NCBI GenBank assembly: GCA_044869275.1
Contig: JBIOXB010000184.1
Location: 1 to 62,630, forward strand
Length of the DNA stretch: 62,630 bases
Origin: a bacterium
GTDB taxonomy: Bacteria > Zhuqueibacterota > Zhuqueibacteria > Zhuqueibacterales > Zhuqueibacteraceae
Direction: 5' to 3'
Under the pieces are notes generated by a model. The model saw only the letters and a list, made by a program, of their open reading frames with translations. It ran no database searches and was not told where the DNA came from. Within the stretch, counting starts at the first letter, position 1. The number at the start of each line of letters is the position of its first letter. Positions 29,468-42,484 of this stretch are shown piece by piece. Position numbers and translations under genes: made by a program.

Positions 29468-29974
29468 ATGCAACTGGCGGAACGCCCTGCACAGCAATTC
29501 ATGCTGTCCACGGCCACGTTCAACAAGATCAACGACATTCTGCGCGAGCTGGTCATCAGCACGCGCTCGGATTTCGCACTGTTTTGCGATCTCAACGGCA
29601 ATCCCATCACGCATCACGGCAAGAATCTCACCACGGATTTGAGCGGTCTGTCCGCGCTGGCCGCCGGTGATTTTGCCGCGACGCGCGAGATCGCGCGGGT
29701 GATCGGCGAACGCGATGGCTTCAAGTTCATTTTTCAGGAAGGCGAGCGGCGCAACATTTATCTTTGCAACGTGGGCTTCGATTTCCTGCTCGGTATTATT
29801 TTCGAAAAGAACGTCGCCCTCGGTCTGATTCGCATCTTTGCCAACAAGACGGTGGAAAATCTGAAGAAAGTTCTGGAAACCGCGGCCGAGGCCGAAGACA
29901 AAGCCTCGGAATTCCTGGACGTCGAATTTGGCATGCTGTTGGGCAAGGAATTGGATCGCTCTTTCAATCAATAA
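29468..29974 (+). CDS. mglB: Roadblock/LC7 protein (MglB-like)
   Basis: LSALAAGDFAATREIA..IGE, F.EG, LGLIR; directly upstream of mglA. Confidence 0.82.
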   Translation: MQLAERPAQQFMLSTATFNKINDILRELVISTRSDFALFCDLNGNPITHHGKNLTTDLSGLSALAAGDFAATREIARVIGERDGFKFIFQEGERRNIYLCNVGFDFLLGIIFEKNVALGLIRIFANKTVENLKKVLETAAEAEDKASEFLDVEFGMLLGKELDRSFNQ

Positions 29975-30075
29975 ACTTGTAGCTCCGCCCGCTTGTGGGC
30001 GTGATCGATGTGCATTTGATACCGGCTATCAACCCACAAGAAAGCGGGACTACGTATACGCGGAACAGGAAGTGT

Positions 30076-30660
30076 ATGTTCGTTAATTGGGCAGTGCAAG
30101 AAGTCAACCTCAAGATCGTTTATTACGGGCCCGGCCTGAGCGGCAAAACCAGCAATCTGGAATATATTTACCATAAAATCGATCCTTCGCTGCGCGGCGA
30201 TTTGATCACCTTGAAAACCCGGGAAGAACGCACGCTGTATTTCGATTTCCTGCAGCTGGAGGTCGGCCGGATCAAGGGCATGAAGCCCAAGTTCAATCTT
30301 TATACGATTCCCGGGCAGGTGTACTATGCGTACAGCCGGAAAATCATCCTGCGTGGCGTGGACGGCATCGTGTTCGTGGCGGATTCGCAGGCCGATCGCA
30401 TGCCAGAAAATCTCGATTCGCTGATGGATTTGGAGCAGAATCTCATCGACGAAGGCCATACGCTGGAGGATTTTCCCTGGGTGCTGCAATTTAACAAGCG
30501 CGATTTGCCGCGGGTCGTCTCCGTGGCGGAATTGAATCGCAAGCTGAATTTTCAAGAGGTGCCTTTCCTCGAAGCCGTGGCCTCGCAGGGCGGAGGCGTT
30601 TTGGAAACATTGAAGACGGTCATTCAGGGCGTGGTCAGCCATGCGCATAAGTTCATCTGA
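30076..30660 (+). CDS. mglA: MglA-like small GTPase
   Basis: KIVYYGPGLSGKT, RTLYFDF, PGQVYY, NKRD. Confidence 0.92.
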   Translation: MFVNWAVQEVNLKIVYYGPGLSGKTSNLEYIYHKIDPSLRGDLITLKTREERTLYFDFLQLEVGRIKGMKPKFNLYTIPGQVYYAYSRKIILRGVDGIVFVADSQADRMPENLDSLMDLEQNLIDEGHTLEDFPWVLQFNKRDLPRVVSVAELNRKLNFQEVPFLEAVASQGGGVLETLKTVIQGVVSHAHKFI

Positions 30661-30707
30661 ACCGGAATTGCGCAGTGAAGTCGAAGTGCAAAGGAGCACA
30701 AGCGAGC

Positions 30708-31166
30708 ATGATGTATTTTGATCCAGAAACTGCGGTGGCGGGGAGTGACGCATTGCCTACCGTCGTGGGCGAGATCGCCGAAGCCTCTGCGGTCAGAATC
30801 CCGCAACTGGCGATCGAACAAAAGATGGTCGAGATCGTGCAAGCCGGCAGCATCGAAGCTGCGCATCTCTTCAGTGACGAGGGTTTGCCCATTGCGCAAT
30901 TCGCGAGCCAGCAAAACATCGAGCGCGACCGCATCGCCGAGATGGCCATGCTCTTGCACGACGTGCGGCGCATGGCCGGCCTCATGGGCGGCATCTCGCG
31001 GCTGCGCGAAGTCACGATCGAAGGGGAAAACCGCCGCAAAATCGTGTTCCGGTTTTTTCAAGCTTTCGCGCAGCAAGTGGTCCTCGCCGTCGTCGTCCCG
31101 CCCAACAAAGCCTATCGCCAGCGCACCAACGAGCTAGAAAAGCTGATCGTCGGTGAATCCCAGTAG
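30708..31166 (+). CDS. Putative second roadblock/LC7-like protein
   Basis: LFSDEGLPIA pattern and position after mglA. Confidence 0.55.
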   Translation: MMYFDPETAVAGSDALPTVVGEIAEASAVRIPQLAIEQKMVEIVQAGSIEAAHLFSDEGLPIAQFASQQNIERDRIAEMAMLLHDVRRMAGLMGGISRLREVTIEGENRRKIVFRFFQAFAQQVVLAVVVPPNKAYRQRTNELEKLIVGESQ

Positions 31167-31176
31167 CACTGGCGTA

Positions 31177-31205
31177 TTGCATTTCATCCCGGCGATGACT
31201 ATATT
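31177..31205 (+). promoter_or_regulatory. Candidate sigma70 promoter of tRNA-Leu/tig
   Basis: TTGCAT-N17-TATATT, 20 nt before the tRNA. Confidence 0.55.
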
Positions 31206-31225
31206 ATTTACCGCTTTCGGTAAAA

Positions 31226-31309
31226 GCCGGAGTGGCGAAACTGGTAGACGCGCCAGCCTTAGGAGCTGGTGGGTGAAAGCCCGTAAGGGTTCGAATCCCT
31301 TCTCTGGCA
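31226..31309 (+). tRNA. tRNA-Leu (anticodon TAG)
   Basis: Acceptor stem GCCGGAG/CTCTGGC, anticodon arm CCAGC-CTTAGGA-GCTGG, long variable arm, GGTTCGAATCC; CCA not encoded. Confidence 0.95.
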
Positions 31310-31397
31310 CGCTGGTGATTATACATTCACAATTGACCGTTCGCAATTGACAATTGTGAATGGTCGATTGTCAATTGTTGAAGCAAGGAGAATAGTT

Positions 31398-32696
31398 TTG
31401 GAAGTCCAGATCACCTCCGCCGAGAATTGGAAACGGCATATCGAAGTTCATCTGCCCGCGTCCGATTTTGAGCCGCGCGTCGAAAGAGCATTGCGCGATT
31501 TTCAGAAATACGCCAATATCAGCGGCTTTCGCAAAGGCAAAGCGCCCCTGTCGCTGATCAACAAAATGTACGGCGACGCCGTGCGCCAGCAAACCATCGA
31601 CGACCTGCTGCCCGAGCTGCTCACAAAAGTGCGCAACGAGCACCAGCTCAACACCCTCGGCCCGGCGCACGTCGAAGAGATAAAGTACGATCCCGCCGCG
31701 GGCCTCAAATTGCGCGCGACCGTGGAAGTCGAGCCGGACGTGGAATTGAAAAAATACACCGGCTTTGATCTCGAAAAGGCGGTGTATGAGGTCACGGACG
31801 AAGATGTGAATGACAGCCTGGAGCGGTTGCGCGAGGCACACGGCTGGCTGGAAAGTGTAGATGATGGCGCGCGCGCGGATCATTTCGTGACGGCGGACAT
31901 CCAAGAGGTTGATCCTACGGGCTTGCCCATCATCGGCAAGAAATTCGAGGACCGGCAATTCCGTATTTCGCCGCGGGAGAATAAAGAAGACGAATTCACG
32001 CCGCAATTGCTCGGCGTAAAGCCCGGAGACCAGCGCACCGTGGTGACGCAATCCACCACACCGGAAGGCCAGAACGTCAACCGCACGTATCGCGTCGAAG
32101 TCAAGGAAGTGAGCGAGAGAAAGCTGCCGGCGCTGGACGACAATCTCGCGCGCGACGCCGGCCAGTTCGAATCCTTGGAGGAATTGCGCGGGCTGATCCG
32201 GCAAGACATTCAAAGGAGCGCCGAGCAGCGCAGCCGCAAGCAGTTGCGCGAGGAAATCATCGAAGAAATCCTCAAAAGCAATCCTTTCGAGCTGCCACAA
32301 GCTTACCGGCAAGCGTTCGAGAATGCTTATTACGAAGATTTGCAGAAGAGATTCAAGGACGTTCGCATCGAGGAGGAGGAACTGCGCACGCAGGCGCGCG
32401 CTCAGGCCGTGCGCTATCTCAAATGGCGCTATCTCGCGGCGCGCATCGCCGAGGTCGAGCACGTGCACGTCACGGACGACGAGATTCGGGATTACCTGGC
32501 TGCCGTGGCTCGTGCCAATAACGAGGACCCGCAGCGCTACGTCAACAAGACGTTCAACGACGAGCACGAGCGCGAGCAGGCGCGCGAGCGGCTGCTCGAA
32601 GAGAAAGTGTTGTCGCTGCTGGAAACCCGCATGCAGCTCACGCCGCGGCAAGTGGCGTTCAAAGATCGCGATCGTTCGCGTTTGGTCACGGCTTAA
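31398..32696 (+). CDS. tig: Trigger factor
   Basis: GFRKGKAP signature; AAGGAG RBS before TTG; upstream of clpPX. Confidence 0.93.
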   Translation: MEVQITSAENWKRHIEVHLPASDFEPRVERALRDFQKYANISGFRKGKAPLSLINKMYGDAVRQQTIDDLLPELLTKVRNEHQLNTLGPAHVEEIKYDPAAGLKLRATVEVEPDVELKKYTGFDLEKAVYEVTDEDVNDSLERLREAHGWLESVDDGARADHFVTADIQEVDPTGLPIIGKKFEDRQFRISPRENKEDEFTPQLLGVKPGDQRTVVTQSTTPEGQNVNRTYRVEVKEVSERKLPALDDNLARDAGQFESLEELRGLIRQDIQRSAEQRSRKQLREEIIEEILKSNPFELPQAYRQAFENAYYEDLQKRFKDVRIEEEELRTQARAQAVRYLKWRYLAARIAEVEHVHVTDDEIRDYLAAVARANNEDPQRYVNKTFNDEHEREQARERLLEEKVLSLLETRMQLTPRQVAFKDRDRSRLVTA

Positions 32697-32832
32697 GCCG
32701 GGCGAGCCGGAAGCACAGAGCTCAAAGTCCAAAACACAAAAGTAGCTTTGAGTTTTGAGCTTTGGATTTTGATTTTTTTCCAAAAAAAGCACAGATTGCA
32801 CTTGCACTGGAATTAGCGAAAGGCAGGACCCC

Positions 32833-33432
32833 ATGGGACTCGTACCCTATGTGATTGAGCAAACAGGAAGAGGAGAGCGCGCGTTTGACATTTTTTCCCG
32901 CCTGCTGAAAGAGCGCATTGTCTTTTTGGGCACGGCGGTCGATGATATGATCGCGAGCTTGATCATCGCACAACTGCTGTTTCTCGAAGCCGACGATCCG
33001 GAGAAAGACATCCAGCTCTACATCAACAGCCCCGGCGGCTCGGTATCGGCGGGTCTGGCAATTTACGATACCATGCAATACGTCAAGCCCGACGTCAGCA
33101 CGATTTGCATGGGCATGGCCGCGAGCATGGGCGCCGTGCTGCTCGCCGCAGGCGCGAAGGGCAAGCGCTATGCCCTGCCGCACTCGCGCATCATGATTCA
33201 CCAGCCCTGGGGCGGCGTGCAAGGCCAGGCTTCGGATATCGCGATTCAAGCGAAAGAGATTTTGAGCACGCGCGACCGCATCAATGAAATTCTCGCGCAG
33301 CATACCGGCCAGGCGCGTACGCAGATCGAGAAAGACACCGATCGCGATTTCTTCATGGCCTCGGAGGAGGCGGTGAAGTACGGCCTGATTGACGAAATCA
33401 TGTCTCGCTCCGCCAGTTTGAAACGGAAATAG
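32833..33432 (+). CDS. clpP: ATP-dependent Clp protease proteolytic subunit
   Basis: [25 protein letters not shown]. Confidence 0.97.
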   Translation: MGLVPYVIEQTGRGERAFDIFSRLLKERIVFLGTAVDDMIASLIIAQLLFLEADDPEKDIQLYINSPGGSVSAGLAIYDTMQYVKPDVSTICMGMAASMGAVLLAAGAKGKRYALPHSRIMIHQPWGGVQGQASDIAIQAKEILSTRDRINEILAQHTGQARTQIEKDTDRDFFMASEEAVKYGLIDEIMSRSASLKRK

Positions 33433-33441
33433 GAACCGCAT

Positions 33442-34683
33442 ATGCCCGATCTCAACCGACGCGACCGGCTCTTCATCTGCTCCTTTTGCGGGAAGAATTC
33501 GAACCAGGTCGATTGCATCGTCACTGGCCCCGACGTTTATATTTGCAATGAATGCGTGCGCAATGCCAGCGAGATCATTCGCTCCGACCTGCAGCGCCGC
33601 GCCGTGCCTTTTTACGGCCGCATTCCCACACCCAATGAAATCAAGCGCGAGCTCGATGATTACGTCGTCGGCCAGGAGCACGCCAAGAAATCCCTGGCGG
33701 TCGCGGTTTATAATCATTACAAGCGCATCGAAAGCACGGACGTGCTGGACGAAGTCGAGCTGGACAAGAGCAACATTCTGCTCGTGGGCCCCACCGGCAC
33801 CGGCAAAACTTTGCTGGCGCAAACTCTCGCGCGATTTTTGCACGTGCCGTTTACCATCGCCGACGCCACCACCCTGACCGAAGCCGGGTACGTCGGCGAA
33901 GACGTCGAGAATATTCTGGTGCGTTTGCTGCAAGCCGCGGACTACGACCTCGAGCGCGCAGAAAAGGGCATCGTCTATATCGACGAAATCGATAAAATCG
34001 CGCGCAAGGACGGCAATCCCAGCATTACGCGCGACGTGTCCGGTGAAGGCGTGCAGCAAGCGCTGCTGAAACTGCTCGAAGGCACGGTCGCCGCGGTTCC
34101 TCCCAAGGGCGGCAGAAAACACCCCGAACAAAATCTCATCAACATCAACACGCGCAATATCCTGTTCATTTGCGGCGGCGCGTTTGAAAGTCTCGACAAA
34201 ATCATTGCCGGCCGCATCGGCAAGAAGGAAGTCGGCTTCGGTTCCAATCCGCAAAAACGCGACAAGAAAATCGGCGACATCTTCATGCAGGTGGAGCCGG
34301 AAGATTTGCTGCGTTTCGGCTTGATTCCGGAATTGATCGGCCGCCTGCCGGTGATCGCCGCGCTCACCGAGCTTTCGGAAGAAGCGCTGATGGACATTTT
34401 GCTCAAGCCCAAAAATGCTTTGACCAAACAGTATCGCCGCTTGCTCAACATGGACGGCATCGAGCTGGAGTTCGAAGACGAAGCGTTGCGCGCGATCGTC
34501 CAGCGCGCGGTGAAACGCGGCACCGGTGCGCGCGGCTTGCGCTCGGTGATGGAGGAAGTCATGCTCGACCTGATGTACAAAATGCCGGGCATGCCGGAGG
34601 TCAAGGGCCTCACCATCACCAAAGATACCGTGCAAGGCCAGGAGCCGGTTTATACGTTTGAGAAGATGAAGAAGCGGGCTTGA
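33442..34683 (+). CDS. clpX: ATP-dependent Clp protease ATP-binding subunit
   Basis: CSFCGK zinc domain, [24 protein letters not shown]. Confidence 0.97.
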   Translation: MPDLNRRDRLFICSFCGKNSNQVDCIVTGPDVYICNECVRNASEIIRSDLQRRAVPFYGRIPTPNEIKRELDDYVVGQEHAKKSLAVAVYNHYKRIESTDVLDEVELDKSNILLVGPTGTGKTLLAQTLARFLHVPFTIADATTLTEAGYVGEDVENILVRLLQAADYDLERAEKGIVYIDEIDKIARKDGNPSITRDVSGEGVQQALLKLLEGTVAAVPPKGGRKHPEQNLININTRNILFICGGAFESLDKIIAGRIGKKEVGFGSNPQKRDKKIGDIFMQVEPEDLLRFGLIPELIGRLPVIAALTELSEEALMDILLKPKNALTKQYRRLLNMDGIELEFEDEALRAIVQRAVKRGTGARGLRSVMEEVMLDLMYKMPGMPEVKGLTITKDTVQGQEPVYTFEKMKKRA

Positions 34684-34750
34684 GTCCGAGAATTTGTTCG
34701 TTTCCTTCAAGAAATCACTCCGATTGTCGCCTCGCTTTGGTTATATTTTG

Positions 34751-34783
34751 AATGCTCGCCCCTGAGGGGCGGGCGTTTTTTTT
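34751..34783 (+). terminator. Intrinsic terminator-like hairpin between clpX and lon
   Basis: aatgctcgcccc-tga-ggggcgggcgtt followed by a T run. Confidence 0.7.
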
Positions 34784-34816
34784 GTTGCTGACAAACGAGA
34801 TTTGCAAGAAATCATC

Positions 34817-37264
<2,448 letters not shown>

Positions 37265-37291
37265 ACGCCGAAGATTCCGAGAGCCGTCCTG

Positions 37292-37903
37292 ATGCGAATC
37301 ACTGCCGCCGAACTGGTCATAAGCGCCGCCCAGCGCGCGCAATTTCCCCAAGAGCCCTTGCCACAAATCGCAGTTTGCGGGCGGTCCAACGTCGGCAAGT
37401 CGAGCCTGCTGAATACGCTGTTGCAGCGTAAAAACCTGGCGCGTACCAGCAGCACGCCGGGCAAGACGCGCTTGCTCAATTTTTATCGCATCACACCGGA
37501 AGGCGCTGCGCGGCAGCCGTTTTATTTTGTCGATTTGCCCGGCTATGGCTATGCCAAAGTCTCGCAAGCCGAGCGCGAAAGCTGGCGCCGATTGATCGAA
37601 AGCTTTTTTGCGAGCACTCAGCGACTCGTGGGAGCGATCTCGATCATTGACAGCCGGCACGGGCCGATGGCAAGTGATTTGGAGCTGCTGGCCTGGCTGG
37701 CCACACTCAAGCTGCCGGTCATTTTGGTTGCAACAAAAGCGGACAAGCTTTCGAATAAAGCGCGCGCCGATACGTCGCGCCAAATTGCGCACGCGATTTC
37801 CCATCTCCCCGCGCGAAATACGCTCTTCTTTTCCGCTCAAACCGGCTTTGGCAGCAATGAGCTGTGGAAAGCAGTGACCGAGCTTCTGCAAGAAAAGAGG
37901 TAA
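37292..37903 (+). CDS. engB: Ribosome biogenesis GTP-binding protein YihA/YsxC
   Basis: GRSNVGKSS, TPGKT, DLPGYG, TKADK. Confidence 0.95.
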   Translation: MRITAAELVISAAQRAQFPQEPLPQIAVCGRSNVGKSSLLNTLLQRKNLARTSSTPGKTRLLNFYRITPEGAARQPFYFVDLPGYGYAKVSQAERESWRRLIESFFASTQRLVGAISIIDSRHGPMASDLELLAWLATLKLPVILVATKADKLSNKARADTSRQIAHAISHLPARNTLFFSAQTGFGSNELWKAVTELLQEKR

Positions 37904-37930
37904 TGGGTCATTCAGGCGGATTTTCTCGTT

Positions 37931-37963
37931 TTCTCGTTCCCAAGTTTAACTTGGGAACGAGAA
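37931..37963. repeat. Perfect 16-bp inverted repeat
   Basis: ttctcgttcccaagtt-t-aacttgggaacgagaa. Confidence 0.85.
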
Positions 37964-38006
37964 TATGAACAAACAACAAGCAACCGAACCTTAAAAGCAA
38001 TCTTCC

Positions 38007-39158
38007 ATGCGCTCTCGCCTCTTCACTCCCGGCCCCACACAAATTCCCGAGGTGGTACGCGCGGCCACGGCCCACCCCATGCCTTATCATCGCGGCCCGG
38101 AATTCAAAAAAATCTTTTTGGAAACTCTCGATCATCTCAAGTATTTCTTCCAGACGCAGCACGAAGTGCTCGTGCTCACCTGTTCGGGCACGGGCAGCAT
38201 GGAAGCGTGCGTGACCAATTTGCTGTCGCGCGGTGATCGGGTGCTGGCTATCGAAGGCGGCAAATTTGGCGAGCGTTGGGCGGAGATTTCTCGCGCCTTC
38301 GGTTTGGAGGTTGTGTCGATGCCAATCGAATGGGGGAAGTCGCCCGAGCCCGGGGCGGTGGAAGAACTTCTGCGGCAAACGCCGGCTCTCAAAGCCGTTT
38401 TTTGCACGCACAGCGAAACCTCCACGGGTGCGCTCGCGGATATCAAGACCATTTCGGAAATCGTGCATACCCATTCCGAGGCCTTGTTGATCGTGGACGG
38501 CATCACTTCCGTGGGCGTGCTGCCGTTCTATTTCGATCAATGGCAGATCGACGCCTGTGTTTCCGGCTCGCAAAAGGGAGCGATGGCCCCGCCCGGGCTC
38601 GCGTTCGTTGCCCTGAGCCCGCGCGCGTGGCAGCGCCACCACACCAGCAATCTGCCCCGGTATTATTTCGATTTCACCGCCGCGCGCAAAGCGGCGCACG
38701 AGGGCAACACCTCGTGGACGCCCGCCATTCCCGTGATTTTGGGATTGGTGGAAGCACTGCGCGGCATTCGTCAGAATGGACTTGAACATTATTGGCAACA
38801 TTATGCACATTTAGCCGCAGCCACGCGCGCCGGCATGCAGGCCCTGAGGTTGGAGATCTTCCCACAACATCCCTCCAACGCCTTGACCGCGGTGAAAACG
38901 CCGCCCGGCATCACAGGAAAAGAGATCGTCAAAGTTTTGCGCGAAAAGCATGGCCTCACGATTGCCGGCGGGCAAGGGCATTTGCAGGGGAAAATTTTTC
39001 GCATGACGCACATGGGCGATTATGATCACCTGGACATGATGGCACTGATGTCGGCGCTGGAACTGACGCTGCTGGAACTGGGCTGGAAAGTGGAACTGGG
39101 CGCAGGCTTGGCAGCCGTGCAACGCGCCTATCATCAACAGCTTGCAGGAATGAAGTAA
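38007..39158 (+). CDS. Class V PLP aminotransferase (alanine-glyoxylate / serine-pyruvate family)
   Basis: LFTPGPT, HSETSTG, GSQKG..PPG, AGGQ. Confidence 0.9.
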   Translation: MRSRLFTPGPTQIPEVVRAATAHPMPYHRGPEFKKIFLETLDHLKYFFQTQHEVLVLTCSGTGSMEACVTNLLSRGDRVLAIEGGKFGERWAEISRAFGLEVVSMPIEWGKSPEPGAVEELLRQTPALKAVFCTHSETSTGALADIKTISEIVHTHSEALLIVDGITSVGVLPFYFDQWQIDACVSGSQKGAMAPPGLAFVALSPRAWQRHHTSNLPRYYFDFTAARKAAHEGNTSWTPAIPVILGLVEALRGIRQNGLEHYWQHYAHLAAATRAGMQALRLEIFPQHPSNALTAVKTPPGITGKEIVKVLREKHGLTIAGGQGHLQGKIFRMTHMGDYDHLDMMALMSALELTLLELGWKVELGAGLAAVQRAYHQQLAGMK

Positions 39159-39159
39159 C

Positions 39160-40521
39160 ATGGCTAAGATTTTGATTGCAGAAGACGACCGTAATACTTT
39201 GTCCGGTTTGGTGGAGATTTTGCAGGAAGAAGGTTACGAAGTGCGCGGGGTTGATAGCGGCAGGGATGCTTTACGCGCCATCGAACGTGAAACTTACGAT
39301 ATTCTGCTCACCGACTTGAAGATGCCCGATTTCGACGGCTTACAGCTTTACGAGGCCAGCCGGAACTTTGCGCCGGACATGCGCACCATTGTCATGACCG
39401 CGTTCAGCTCCGTGAAAGAAGCCGTGGAAGCGATGAAGCGCGGGGTTTATGAATATCTCACCAAGCCGCTCAATCTCGACGAACTGTTCGTCATTTTGAA
39501 GAAGGCGGCGCAAGAGCAGAACTTGCAGCGCGAAAATCGCGAGCTCAAGGACCGGCTGCAAAAAAATTATCGCTTCGAGGGCATCATTGGCCAGAGCCCG
39601 GCGATGCAGCAGGTTTACAAATCCATCGCCAAGGTGGCGCAGAGCCACGCCACGGTTCTGATTCGCGGGGAAAGCGGCACCGGCAAGGAATTGGTCTGCC
39701 GCGCGATTCACTACAACAGCGCGCGGGCCGCCAAGCCGTTGATTGAAATCAGTTGCAGCGCTTTTCCCGAAACGCTTTTAGAAAGCGAATTGTTCGGCTA
39801 TGAAAAGGGCGCCTTCACCGGCGCGACCGCACGCAAAAAAGGCCGCGTGGAGATGGCCGACGGCGGCACGATCTTTTTGGATGAAATCGGCGAGATCACC
39901 GGCAGCGTGCAGACCAAGCTGCTGCGCCTGCTGCAGGAAAAAGAACTCAGCCGCCTGGGCAGCACGGAATCCATCAAAGTGGATGTGCGCGTGATTACCG
40001 CCACCAACCGGGATTTGGAAAAGGCGATTTTGGACAATCAGTTTCGCGAGGATTTGTATTATCGCTTGAACGTCATCCCCATTTTTCTTCCGCCGCTGCG
40101 CGAGCGTTTGGAAGATATTCCCTCGCTGATCGATTATTTCATCAAACGTTACAGCGCCGCCAACCACAAACACATCTCCGGCATGGCGGAAGAGGCCCTG
40201 CAAATGTGTGCGGCTTATCACTGGCCGGGTAACGTGCGCGAACTGGAAAACGCCATCGAAAATGCCATCGTGCTGGGTGAAGGCGAGGTGATTTTGTCGG
40301 AACATCTGCCGTTCACCGTGACCATGCGCCAGAAGCATCCGGCCACGGCCAATGCCTTTATCGGCGCGGGCCCGACCTATCGCGAAAAAATGGAAGCCGC
40401 GGAAAAAATGGTGTTGGAAGATGCCATTCGCCGCGCCGGCGGCAACAAATCCGAAGCGGCTAAGAAGTTGGGGGTCAGCTTGCGCACAATGAGATATAAA
40501 ATTCACAAATATAATTTGTGA
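39160..40521 (+). CDS. Sigma54-dependent response regulator (NtrC family)
   Basis: Receiver domain, GESGTGKE, GAFTGA, C-terminal Fis HTH. Confidence 0.94.
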   Translation: MAKILIAEDDRNTLSGLVEILQEEGYEVRGVDSGRDALRAIERETYDILLTDLKMPDFDGLQLYEASRNFAPDMRTIVMTAFSSVKEAVEAMKRGVYEYLTKPLNLDELFVILKKAAQEQNLQRENRELKDRLQKNYRFEGIIGQSPAMQQVYKSIAKVAQSHATVLIRGESGTGKELVCRAIHYNSARAAKPLIEISCSAFPETLLESELFGYEKGAFTGATARKKGRVEMADGGTIFLDEIGEITGSVQTKLLRLLQEKELSRLGSTESIKVDVRVITATNRDLEKAILDNQFREDLYYRLNVIPIFLPPLRERLEDIPSLIDYFIKRYSAANHKHISGMAEEALQMCAAYHWPGNVRELENAIENAIVLGEGEVILSEHLPFTVTMRQKHPATANAFIGAGPTYREKMEAAEKMVLEDAIRRAGGNKSEAAKKLGVSLRTMRYKIHKYNL

Positions 40522-40619
40522 CCTCCCGTCTTTGAAATTGCGGCCCCCTTGAGCAATTTCATAATCTCCCCCCCCGAAACCTTCGCGGCCAACCGTGCTC
40601 TGGCGCGTGCACCGGCCGG

Positions 40620-41627
40620 TCATTCTCTGTGGCGTCTTGACGCGGTAGCATTCAAGCGCGGATAAAAATACAGGTGTGCGGGAATATTATGAAGTTCCTC
40701 GCTGAGCGTGTAATAGCCCTTGCCCTCCGGATGCCAGCACACGGCCTCGCCCTGGGGCTCGAGCAGGTAGGGTGCTCTGACCGGCGTTTGCAACAAGGCT
40801 TGCGCCACGGATTGTCCGGCTGCGCGTTTCCACAAATAAATGGCGTCATACGTTTTGATCAGAATCTCGTCGCCAGCTCGGGCGATATCTCCAGCGACCA
40901 CTCCACCAAAAGGCAAAGTCGCGGCATAGTCCAAGGTGATCGGCTCTGCAGTCGATTGCGGATATGGGGCGCAATAGACCTGCACGTTCGCCTCGCGTTT
41001 CGAAACCACAAACAAGTCCTTGGTGCGCGGATCGATCATCAACGTCTCCGCGTCCCGCCTGCCGTCGGGATACTGGAAAGTTATCGTTTCAACGCCGGCC
41101 AGCTCGATCTCGACTGGCGTCTGATGGGCCGCGACTTGGGGCTCCAACACGCGATAGATGTAATTGAAATCATTTTGAGCCGAATTGTCACCGATATCGC
41201 CCACGTACAAATAGTCCTTGCCCTCCTCCGGTCCGGGGCCGAGCGCCATGTCCTCCCAGTCGCGGGCCTGCGCGCCGCCAAGCGTAAAAACCCCAAGGTG
41301 TTCGCCCGCAGTGCTGAAAGCGAAAATGCGATTCTGATCGCCGGAATCATTGTGCGTCCACAAGACATTTTCATTGGAGCGGCTCGCCGCCAGGCCGGAA
41401 GCTTCGGAAATGGCGGCGTATTCGATCAAACCGAGATCGAGGCGCGCGCCGAACTCAGAGCTCTGCGCGGATAAAAGCAAAAATGCAGCAGCGGCGCCAG
41501 GCAAGAGCAAAGCCGCGGCCCAAGGTCGTTGCGAATGGTTCACACTGATTTTTCCGAATTTCGTTTTATCTTCAAAGCCAAAGAAGACCTGCGCAGTACG
41601 GTGGCAGAAGGCGACGCCCGGCATCAT
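40620..41627 (-). CDS. Secreted hypothetical protein (probable beta-propeller)
   Basis: EASGLAAS, WTHNDSG, DWEDM, GDIGDN, QGEAV; start uncertain. Confidence 0.7.
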   Translation of the reverse strand: MMPGVAFCHRTAQVFFGFEDKTKFGKISVNHSQRPWAAALLLPGAAAAFLLLSAQSSEFGARLDLGLIEYAAISEASGLAASRSNENVLWTHNDSGDQNRIFAFSTAGEHLGVFTLGGAQARDWEDMALGPGPEEGKDYLYVGDIGDNSAQNDFNYIYRVLEPQVAAHQTPVEIELAGVETITFQYPDGRRDAETLMIDPRTKDLFVVSKREANVQVYCAPYPQSTAEPITLDYAATLPFGGVVAGDIARAGDEILIKTYDAIYLWKRAAGQSVAQALLQTPVRAPYLLEPQGEAVCWHPEGKGYYTLSEELHNIPAHLYFYPRLNATASRRHRE

Positions 41628-41702
41628 TGTGCGGAAGCGATTCCTGCGGCAATTCTTTTAGGGCAGCACCAGCCAGTGTCGCTGCCCTGTGGCTTTGTTC
41701 GT

Positions 41703-42152
41703 TCAGCCACCCTGCAGCAGCTCCCGCAGTCCTTCCGGCACAAGCCGGTATCTTTCGTCAAACGAATTCAGTTCCCTCCATTCCGCTCGAATGGGGGCAT
41801 TATTGGCCTCCCGGCCATGCAGCACTTCACGGTCATAGACCGTTTCATCCTCGAAGCGGCCGTCATAAACGAAAACGATCTCGTGTTTCGGCCTGCCCTC
41901 CAGCACGAAAAGATTTTCGAGTATTCCCAATAGTTTCACCTCCACGACTTGCAAGCCCAGCTCTTCCGCGATTTCCCGCACCACGGTTTCTCGTGTGGTT
42001 TCGCCCGGCTCTACCCCACCGCCCAATGGGCGGTAAAAGTAGGCGCCGGTGCGGGAATCATAACCCTCAAAGACCAGAATGCGCTCGCCGTGGCGAAAGA
42101 CGCAGAGGGCGATGACGCGAATGCGAGCGGGCGGTGTGGTGGGAGTTTTCAT
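41703..42152 (-). CDS. NUDIX hydrolase
   Basis: GGGVEPGE...REIAEELG Nudix box. Confidence 0.9.
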   Translation of the reverse strand: MKTPTTPPARIRVIALCVFRHGERILVFEGYDSRTGAYFYRPLGGGVEPGETTRETVVREIAEELGLQVVEVKLLGILENLFVLEGRPKHEIVFVYDGRFEDETVYDREVLHGREANNAPIRAEWRELNSFDERYRLVPEGLRELLQGG

Positions 42153-42484
42153 TCTCAGCGGAGAAACAGGAGTGCATGAGTTTCGCTATGAGTAATTTGA
42201 CTGCCAACGCAAATGACCAGAATGAAAATATCACCAAGCTGCGCGACATTTGTATGTTTTAACAAAAATGGCGACGGAGTTTTTAAATGTTGCGGTTGAA
42301 CAGTTCGACAACGCTCCCAACGGCACAAGAGTTATTGATGCGCTTCTATTGAGGCTGGCCCTTCAAAGAGAAGAATTGAAAGCGTTCATTCAAGTCGTGG
42401 AAGTTTTACTCGACCAAAAATCCAAAGAGCACGCCATGCCGGCAAGCAGGGGGGACTTGCCAGCACGATGCCAAGTGGAAAATT

